Positions 1 through 6,814 of a stretch of 54,901 bases of DNA are shown piece by piece. The notes under the pieces are model-generated. The model did not search any database. It was not told the DNA's origin and saw nothing but the letters and a program-made list of their open reading frames with translations. Source of the DNA: a virus (lineage: Duplodnaviria; Caudoviricetes); the IMG/VR virus record IMGVR_UViG_3300032087_000550, positions 1-54,901 of that record. One strand, given 5' to 3'. Both the position numbers and the translations under genes were made by a program. The stretch's first letter is position 1; the number at the start of each line of letters is the position of its first letter.

Positions 1-91
1 CGCACCCGTACGCAAGGGCCATGGGGGTCCCCCGGCATTTGCTATGCAATCTCGACATATTTTTTGTAGTTTTAGGTTATCCATACGGTAT
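1..91. repeat. Terminal direct repeat, left copy (identical to 54811-54901)
   Basis: cgcacccgtacgcaagggcc...ccatacggtat occurs exactly at both ends; may be an assembly overlap of a circular contig. Confidence 0.95.
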
Positions 92-113
92 TCCCGCGAA
101 CCCGTTGGGTAAC

Positions 114-138
114 AAAAAGGCTCCCGACGAGGGGAGCC
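114..138 (-). terminator. Rho-independent terminator on the - strand
   Basis: On - strand: GGCTCCC-ctcgtc-GGGAGCC followed by TTTTT. Confidence 0.75.
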
Positions 139-191
139 GCGAACCTATTAGGGGAACCGGGGGGTACATGGGTGTATTCCCGGCGGGTTGT
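114..191 (-). ncRNA. Candidate ~78-nt small RNA
   Basis: Bounded by the 226-198 promoter and the 138-114 terminator; no convincing ORF. Confidence 0.5.
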
Positions 192-197
192 AACGCC

Positions 198-226
198 AGT
201 GTACAGTCAAATTTCGCATTTGTCAA
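198..226 (-). promoter_or_regulatory. Leftward sigma70-type promoter
   Basis: TTGACA (226-221), 17 nt, TACACT (203-198). Confidence 0.75.
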
Positions 227-256
227 CCATTTTTTTAATTTTTGGCAACTTTTAGG

Positions 257-285
257 TTGACAGGGCGGGTAACCACCCCTAAACT
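257..285 (+). promoter_or_regulatory. Rightward sigma70-type promoter for the packaging operon
   Basis: TTGACA (257-262), 17 nt, TAAACT (280-285); T-tract upstream. Confidence 0.75.
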
Positions 286-313
286 AATGGGTTGCAAGGA
301 GATTTTCCCCCCA

Positions 314-508
314 ATGTTCAAAGCTGTGTTGCTGGTTTGCGCCTTGGCCACGCCTAATGAGTGCCTCCAGTTCGAAGATACGCGTGGTCCGTACGCCACC
401 TACAAGGAATGCACTGATCGTGTACAGGAAATGGCAGCAAATGTGACTAGCCTGTTCCCCGTTCCGGCAACTTACAGCTTCAAATGCAGTGTTGGAGAGC
501 AAACGTGA
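314..508 (+). CDS. Hypothetical small Cys-containing protein (64 aa, MFKAVLLVC...)
   Basis: AAGGAG SD at 296-301; stop overlaps the GTG of terS. Confidence 0.65.
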   Translation: MFKAVLLVCALATPNECLQFEDTRGPYATYKECTDRVQEMAANVTSLFPVPATYSFKCSVGEQT

Positions 509-909
509 ACCTTTTACCCCAGCAAAACAACCGGAAACCCGCCCTCACGGACAAACAGGAAGCCTTTCTCGACGCCCTGTTCGACAATGGTGGTAACGTA
601 CGGGCCGCAGCGGAGGTTGCCGGGTACTCTGAGGGTTCGATCAAGTGGCTCAAGGACCGGTTAGCCGACGAAATCATCGAACGGACCAAAACCGTGTTAG
701 CGGGACAGTCCCTCAAGGCCGCGAACAAGCTGGTTAGCCTCGTGGACGCCGTCGATATCGAACGTGGGGACGATTTACGGATGAAAGCAGCCGAATCTAT
801 CCTCAACCGCGTAGGTTTAGGCCGACAGGACACCATGAACCACAATGTCACGGCGGTTCACGGCGTTGTCCTGCTGCCTCCAAAAAAAGAAGTAGTCATA
901 GATGGCTAA
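505..909 (+). CDS. terS: Terminase small subunit (HTH)
   Basis: LTDKQEAFLDALF...AAEVAGYS HTH typical of TerS; immediately upstream of terL; GTG start after GGAG. Confidence 0.8.
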   Translation: MNLLPQQNNRKPALTDKQEAFLDALFDNGGNVRAAAEVAGYSEGSIKWLKDRLADEIIERTKTVLAGQSLKAANKLVSLVDAVDIERGDDLRMKAAESILNRVGLGRQDTMNHNVTAVHGVVLLPPKKEVVIDG

Positions 910-2638
910 CAAGCCACGTAAACGTGTCCTAGTCCCCCCTGACCCGGCGACCGTGGACAAGCCGCGAACTCGCGGCAGACCCAAGAAAGACCCGAACCAA
1001 CCTAAAGCCGAGTACAAGCTCAGTGACAGGGAGCGGGCACGACGTTCCGTCCAAATGCGTCTTCGTAACGCGAAGAAGTCGGCAGCTACCCAGCAACGCA
1101 AAGCCGAATATAAGAAAAGCAAGGTCAAGAAACTGACCGAATCTGCAGACAAGATAGAGAAGGCACTACAGGGTGAAAAGACTAGAGTCGTTGATCAGGG
1201 CGATCTTACAAACCTGCCGGACGCAGTTGGCGATCTGGTGGATGGTAGCCCGGTTATCTTCAAGCCAAATCCGGGACCACAAGAAGAATTTCTTAGCGCG
1301 TCTGAACGAGACGTACTCTACGGCGGTGCTGCCGGTGGTGGAAAGAGCTTTGCACTTCTTGCTGATCCGCTACGTTATTGCCACAATTCTAATCATCGTG
1401 GTCTTCTTCTCCGCCGCACACTGGATGAACTTACCGAACTAATCGATAAGTCGAAGCAGCTATACCCCAAAGCGTTCCCGGGTGCAGTCTTTCGAGAAGC
1501 AAAGTCCACGTGGGTTTTCCCATCTGGGGCAACCATGTGGTTCACTTATCTCGACAGGGACAAGGACGTGACCCGCTTTCAGGGTCAGGCGTTCAACTGG
1601 ATCGGTATCGACGAGATTACACAGTATCCCACACCGTACGTTTGGGATTACCTTCGTTCACGACTCCGTTCGACGGACCCGGAACTCCAGCAACAGTTGT
1701 GTATGCGCTGCACAGCCAACCCCGGAGGAGTGGGTGGTTGGTGGGTCAAGAAGATGTACATCGACCACCGCGAGGCAAACAAGCCTTTTGGTGCCTACGA
1801 CTTAGAAACCGGAAAAACATTTGTGTGGCCTGATGGTCACGAAAAAGCAGGTCAACCGCTGTTCTATCGCAAGTTTGTTCCCGCGCGGTTGACTGATAAT
1901 CCCTACCTGATGGCAGATGGCCAGTACGAGGCTATGCTCAGGTCGCTCCCGGATGTCGAGCGTAGACGACTCCTAGAAGGGGATTGGGACGTGGCGGAGG
2001 GAGCGGCCTTCCCCGAATTTTCAAGGGTGCGACACGTTGTCGAACATTTCGAACTACCTACCAATTGGCCACGTATACGAGCGGCGGACTACGGCTATGC
2101 GAGTCCATCGTGCGTTCTTTGGGGGGCTATTGACTGGGATAACAATATCTGGGTTTATCGCGAGTTGTATGCAAAGCACTTGACAGCAGAGCAGTTGGCT
2201 GATAAAATACTAGAAGCAGAAGAGTTAGACCCACTTCCACACTACAATGTTCTAGACTCTTCTTGCTGGAACAAGACCGGGTTCGGCCCGTCCATTGCGG
2301 AGACAATGATGCGGGCGGGTGTTAGGTGGACGCCATCAGACCGTAACCGTCTACAAGGAAAAATGGAAGTTCACAGGCGGCTTTCTGACGACCCTTACAC
2401 CAACGAACCACGTCTAAGAATATTCTCCTCGTGCAAGCACACCATAGCTCAACTATCGGGCATACCTCTCTCCAAAACCAACAGTGAAGATGTAGACACG
2501 AAGGCAGAGGATCATGCGTACGATGCGTTGCGCTACATGGTGATGACGCGCACGTCTGGATATCAATCTATACACAAATCACTTCAGGGCATCAAGGATC
2601 AGGCGTTTAAGCCGTTTGATGCCACATTTGGATACTGA
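902..2638 (+). CDS. terL: Terminase large subunit with basic N-terminal extension
   Basis: Walker A YGGAAGGGKS, Walker B WIGIDE, motif III TANPGG, nuclease motifs ADYG and EDHAYDALRY. Confidence 0.95.
   Translation: MANKPRKRVLVPPDPATVDKPRTRGRPKKDPNQPKAEYKLSDRERARRSVQMRLRNAKKSAATQQRKAEYKKSKVKKLTESADKIEKALQGEKTRVVDQGDLTNLPDAVGDLVDGSPVIFKPNPGPQEEFLSASERDVLYGGAAGGGKSFALLADPLRYCHNSNHRGLLLRRTLDELTELIDKSKQLYPKAFPGAVFREAKSTWVFPSGATMWFTYLDRDKDVTRFQGQAFNWIGIDEITQYPTPYVWDYLRSRLRSTDPELQQQLCMRCTANPGGVGGWWVKKMYIDHREANKPFGAYDLETGKTFVWPDGHEKAGQPLFYRKFVPARLTDNPYLMADGQYEAMLRSLPDVERRRLLEGDWDVAEGAAFPEFSRVRHVVEHFELPTNWPRIRAADYGYASPSCVLWGAIDWDNNIWVYRELYAKHLTAEQLADKILEAEELDPLPHYNVLDSSCWNKTGFGPSIAETMMRAGVRWTPSDRNRLQGKMEVHRRLSDDPYTNEPRLRIFSSCKHTIAQLSGIPLSKTNSEDVDTKAEDHAYDALRYMVMTRTSGYQSIHKSLQGIKDQAFKPFDATFGY
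2180..2208 (+). promoter_or_regulatory. Internal sigma70-type promoter in terL, upstream of the recombinase-like gene
   Basis: TTGACA, 17 nt, TAAAAT with extended TG. Confidence 0.6.
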
Positions 2639-4422
2639 TGGCAGATATCACTACAAAGATTGGCGATCAAACTCTAACCATTCGTGAAGCTATCGAAGGC
2701 GCAGGTAAGTCTTTGAGTACCTCGAAGGGTGCGCCTAATGCGTTTGCTAAGAACATCGAAGCAGCAGGTCTGTCTTTGGATGACCCATGGTCTAGCTTGA
2801 AAGAGGAGTCTTTTCTTCGTAAACTAAATGAAGTTGGGACAGAAGGAAACTTCGTCACACTTCTCAGTGTAGAAAATGAGCTTCGTCGTCTCTCCAGTGT
2901 GGGGGATATTGCTTATCCATATTCTGATGTGTTTAGCCCTGAAGGAAAAGCCAGAGGATTAAAACTAGAAAAAGCACAACAGGCACGTCGAACCAAGAAG
3001 TTCAAAGGTGTTCCCGAGGCCAAGAAATCTCTCACTGCTTTGACAGAGGGCATTTCTGTTATCAAAGACCCGCGAACTCGCGCTGCTGTTGCTTTCAACG
3101 CTCTAGTCCCTCTACGTCCCGGAGAAGTTGCCGGAATTAAAGTGGAGGACATCGACTTCGAAACCGGCTCTTTTAAGGAGTCGTATCGTCGTGTGAACAA
3201 GATTCGCAATGAGCTTGACCTCCCGGAAGTTGCGTTAGAAATTATACGAGACGCTGCTGAAAAGGCCCGGGCAGAGGGTCGGGAATACGTGTTTCTTGAT
3301 AAGGATGTGAAAGACCCAAAGAAAGCAACCAGCAACTTTGTGAATAAGATGACCACCGGTATGAAGATGTCGGGAGGTGTCATTGAAAGATTCAAGCCAT
3401 TTGAAAAGGCAATGGGTCGTGCGGTTGCCGGTGCTTCTGACATTCGTAAAATCATTCCCTCTATTATTGCAAGTGAATTAGGATACACCACAGAAGCTAG
3501 TGCGATTATGGGTCACGCATCCTTCGATGAAACCATCGACGGCATGAAAGGTATTACTCGCAAGCACTACGTTTCTCAAATTATCACCGACGAAGGCACC
3601 ACAGCAAAGCAAGCCCTTCGTGCCCTACAAAACATGTACGGCGAAGTTCTTGGCTTGTCAACTCTAAACGAGATTCCTGCTTCTATGGGGGTCGATGCTG
3701 CTGGTCTGACTACTGAAGGTTCCGCCCGCCTAGCCGTCATTCCTAAAGGTTCCGAAATTGTCGGCACACAGGTTCAGGGGAAACTGACTGACGCCGACCT
3801 CGACCTGATAGAACAAGTGCGAGAAGCACGTAAGCAAGAACTGCGACTGCAAGCTGCAACGTCAGAAGAAGCGGCCTTACAAAAAGAAATTGCTATCGGT
3901 GCCCTTGATGAAGAGGCAGAGCGTGTAAAAGCACAAAAGCGTTTGCGTAAGCAAGAAATCTATCAAGAAGAAAAAGCTAAACGCGCTCCTTCTGACGAAA
4001 CTGTACCCGCATCCAATCCCGAAGCCCGCGCTTCCCTCGAACGCCGTGGGTTTGACGCTAAAGGTATGGCAGCAGCCATCAATAAACATCTGGGCAGGGC
4101 GGGTAAGCTTGTAGGTGCGGCAGCGGTTGTTGAAACTGCGCGACAGTTTATAGAAGCACCCCTCGAAACAGGAGCAGCAGTAGCTTCCGAAATAGGCTTG
4201 GAAAAAGCCTTGGGCCTCGGTCCTTCCGTCGCTGCTACCGTAGCACTGACACCCACGCCCACAGCCGGACCCGAACTAACCCAACCGCAACCCCGTCTGC
4301 GTTTCGATGACGATGACTTCCAGTATCGCGACGAGGGATTTGTGAGCAAAGAACAAGCTGACCGGAACCGCGAGGAAGCCGCCGGTCGAGCCGCCGAACC
4401 TATAGGCTTCCTTTCACCATAA
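2638..4422 (+). CDS. Tyrosine-recombinase-fold protein with long coiled-coil and Ala/Gly-rich C-terminus (594 aa)
   Basis: PLR160PGEVAGIKVEDIDF box I, K188, EYVF patch, S267DIR270, MGH293, RKHY311. Confidence 0.8.
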   Translation: MADITTKIGDQTLTIREAIEGAGKSLSTSKGAPNAFAKNIEAAGLSLDDPWSSLKEESFLRKLNEVGTEGNFVTLLSVENELRRLSSVGDIAYPYSDVFSPEGKARGLKLEKAQQARRTKKFKGVPEAKKSLTALTEGISVIKDPRTRAAVAFNALVPLRPGEVAGIKVEDIDFETGSFKESYRRVNKIRNELDLPEVALEIIRDAAEKARAEGREYVFLDKDVKDPKKATSNFVNKMTTGMKMSGGVIERFKPFEKAMGRAVAGASDIRKIIPSIIASELGYTTEASAIMGHASFDETIDGMKGITRKHYVSQIITDEGTTAKQALRALQNMYGEVLGLSTLNEIPASMGVDAAGLTTEGSARLAVIPKGSEIVGTQVQGKLTDADLDLIEQVREARKQELRLQAATSEEAALQKEIAIGALDEEAERVKAQKRLRKQEIYQEEKAKRAPSDETVPASNPEARASLERRGFDAKGMAAAINKHLGRAGKLVGAAAVVETARQFIEAPLETGAAVASEIGLEKALGLGPSVAATVALTPTPTAGPELTQPQPRLRFDDDDFQYRDEGFVSKEQADRNREEAAGRAAEPIGFLSP

Positions 4423-4437
4423 TTGGGGAGAAAACCG

Positions 4438-4656
4438 ATGCCGAACAACAACTACAATTACGGCGCAGCCTACATCATGGGTGCTTGCACGACTTCCGTG
4501 GATGACCAGATGGGTGCTGACCAGTTGTATCGTGAGGGACTTGAGTTCGATACCAAGACCGCACAGGGTGTTCTGACGGAAGATATGCCGAAGAAGCAGA
4601 CCAAGACTGCTGTTGACGGTTCTATCATGCGTCTGGCCGAAGAACGCGACTACTAA
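4438..4656 (+). CDS. Hypothetical small acidic protein (72 aa)
   Basis: GGGGAG SD; fills the gap before the portal gene. Confidence 0.7.
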   Translation: MPNNNYNYGAAYIMGACTTSVDDQMGADQLYREGLEFDTKTAQGVLTEDMPKKQTKTAVDGSIMRLAEERDY

Positions 4657-4659
4657 GAC

Positions 4660-6780
4660 ATGTCAGAAGATAATTTTCTCCAACCGGCGGATGATACCGC
4701 TGTAAGTCTGCTCAATCCTGAAGAGCAGATGCCCGGTCTTGCGGCTTACGTGCGGGCCAAGTTCGAAGACTCTGAGAATGGTCGGTACGCTCACGAGCAA
4801 CGCTGGCTTCAGTCGTACAAGAACTTTCGAGGCATCTACGACTCCACGACACAATACCGCGAGTCGGAAAAGTCACAAGTCTTCATCCGGATCACAAAGA
4901 CGAAAGTCCTTGCAGCTTACGGCCAGATCATCGACATCTTGTTCGCAAACAAGAAGTTTCCGCTGGTCGTCGAGTCCACTCCCGTGCCAGAAGGCATCGC
5001 GGAGTTTGCTCACATGGAGACCCCTCTCGATCAGATGCAGCCGCAGGACCCCTTCGGGTTCGCAGGAGACGGCAGGGAGCTTGCTCCCGGTGCCCTACAG
5101 GCGGAGGAGTCCAAAGCCTTTCTAGGAGGCTTACAGGGCGAATACGGGCAGTTGCCGCTGGCAGAGGGGCCAGCCAAGATAGGTGAACCGCAGATCGAAC
5201 CGGCCAAGATCGCGGCCCGCCGCATGGAGAAAACTATCCACGACCAACTGCTCGACACGAACGCTGTGAACGTGTTGCGTAGTTCCATCTTTGAATCGTG
5301 TTTGCTAGGAACCGGTATCGTCAAGGGACCGTTCAATTTCTACAAGCGCATCCACCGCTGGGAGCGGGACGATACGGGTGAGCGGCAGTACGTGCCGGAA
5401 GAAAAAACGGTCCCGCGTATTGAGATGGTTTCGGCTTGGGACTTCCATCCTGACCCGTCAGCAACCAGCATCGACGACTGTGAGTACGTCATCGAACGTC
5501 ACCGCATGAACCGCCAGCAACTTCGCGCTCTTATCAAGCGTCCGTACTTTAACGCGGAAGCTATTCAGGAGTGCCTTGTAAAAGGCCCGAACTACGAAGA
5601 CAAGTACTACGAGGATACCATTCGCGAGGATGAGACCGAGCCGTACTATCAAGGTAATCGCTACGAAGTCTTGGAATACTGGGGCGTCTTGGATTCCAAG
5701 CTAGCCAGAGAAGCAGGTCTCGAAGGCGCGGAACAGATGTCGGAGTTCGACGAGGTTCAGGTGAACGTCTGGGTGTGTGGTGGCATGGTGATCCGCTGTG
5801 TCCTCAATCCGTTCACGCCAGCCCGCATTCCGTATCAGGTGTTCCCGTACGAGATCAACCCCTACCAACTGTGGGGTGTTGGCGTAGCAGAGAACATGGA
5901 GGATGCACAGAAGCTGATGAACGGTCACGTTCGTATGGCTATCGACAACCTCGCTCTTGCTGGCAACCTTGTGTTTGACGTGGATGAGGCCAGTCTCGTA
6001 CCGGGACAGAACATGGACATCTTTCCGGGCAAGATATTCCGGCGTCAGTCCGGTGTCACAGGCACAGCCATCAACGGTCTCAAGTTCCCGAACACCGCTG
6101 GTGAAAACCTGCAGATGTATCAGATTAGCCGTCAACTGGCTGACGAGGAGACGGGCATCCCGTCCATCGTACACGGCCAGACGGGCGTAACCGGCACCGG
6201 TCGTACAGCAGCGGGCCTGTCTATGCTGATGGGTTCTGCGGGCTTGTCGATGAAGACGGTCATCAAGAACATCGATGATCATCTTTTGAAGCCTCTGGGG
6301 GAGTCGTACTTCCAGTGGAACATGCAATTCAACGAGGAATCCGAGGATATTATCGGTGATCTAGAGATCAAGCCGCGCGGTGTGGCGGCGGTTATGCAAA
6401 AAGAGGTTCGCACCCAGCGACTCACCTCTCTCCTGCAAACCGTATCGAACCCGATGCTTGCTCCCTTCATTAAGATTCCGAACCTCATGCGCGAGTTGGC
6501 CATCTCTCAGGACATCGATCCGGACAGCTTGGTCAACGATGCGAACGAGGCTCAACTCTACGCAAAGATGTTACAAGGATTGATGGCAAATGTACAGCAA
6601 GGAGCAAGCGAGGCTGGTGGGGCCGCTGGTCAAGAACCCGCAGGTATGGACGGGGCTGGAGGAGTATCTCCAAGCCCTGAAGGAACAGACGTTCAAGGGT
6701 CTGGTAACGGCACAATCGGAGTCGGAACTGCGCCAACTGCAGGGGAAAGCGGCTTTACTGGAAATGCTCCTCAAACTTAA
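4660..6780 (+). CDS. Portal protein
   Basis: 706 aa after terminase; FIRITKTKV, GTGIVK, DFHPDP, WGVGVAENMEDAQ...NG..RMAIDN and RTAAGLSMLM motifs of podovirus portals. Confidence 0.9.
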   Translation: MSEDNFLQPADDTAVSLLNPEEQMPGLAAYVRAKFEDSENGRYAHEQRWLQSYKNFRGIYDSTTQYRESEKSQVFIRITKTKVLAAYGQIIDILFANKKFPLVVESTPVPEGIAEFAHMETPLDQMQPQDPFGFAGDGRELAPGALQAEESKAFLGGLQGEYGQLPLAEGPAKIGEPQIEPAKIAARRMEKTIHDQLLDTNAVNVLRSSIFESCLLGTGIVKGPFNFYKRIHRWERDDTGERQYVPEEKTVPRIEMVSAWDFHPDPSATSIDDCEYVIERHRMNRQQLRALIKRPYFNAEAIQECLVKGPNYEDKYYEDTIREDETEPYYQGNRYEVLEYWGVLDSKLAREAGLEGAEQMSEFDEVQVNVWVCGGMVIRCVLNPFTPARIPYQVFPYEINPYQLWGVGVAENMEDAQKLMNGHVRMAIDNLALAGNLVFDVDEASLVPGQNMDIFPGKIFRRQSGVTGTAINGLKFPNTAGENLQMYQISRQLADEETGIPSIVHGQTGVTGTGRTAAGLSMLMGSAGLSMKTVIKNIDDHLLKPLGESYFQWNMQFNEESEDIIGDLEIKPRGVAAVMQKEVRTQRLTSLLQTVSNPMLAPFIKIPNLMRELAISQDIDPDSLVNDANEAQLYAKMLQGLMANVQQGASEAGGAAGQEPAGMDGAGGVSPSPEGTDVQGSGNGTIGVGTAPTAGESGFTGNAPQT

Positions 6781-6814
6781 AGAGAACCACGAGGCACTTG
6801 TGAAGAATGGTTGA
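6590..6814 (+). CDS. Small helical head-module protein overlapping the portal 3' end in another frame (74 aa)
   Basis: Amphipathic helices (ELRQLQGKAALLEMLLKLKE); its stop overlaps the start of the next gene. Confidence 0.7.
   Translation: MYSKEQARLVGPLVKNPQVWTGLEEYLQALKEQTFKGLVTAQSESELRQLQGKAALLEMLLKLKENHEALVKNG

Noticed and set aside
1-91. 91-bp terminal repeat as a proven biological DTR
   Set aside because: Cannot be distinguished from the k-mer overlap of a circular assembly without reads
94-160. GAAC/GTTC octamer copies as alphaproteobacterial LexA boxes (GTTC-N7-GTTC)
   Set aside because: The second half-site is missing at the required spacing in the copies checked
21-260. 79-aa ORF, and 54538-54879, across the terminus region
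   Set aside because: No SD, they run through promoters, terminators and homopolymer tracts, and composition is implausible
2638-4422. Ordinary lysogeny integrase with attP
   Set aside because: No adjacent non-coding att region, tRNA fragment, excisionase or cI-like gene seen; not excluded, but context argues against it
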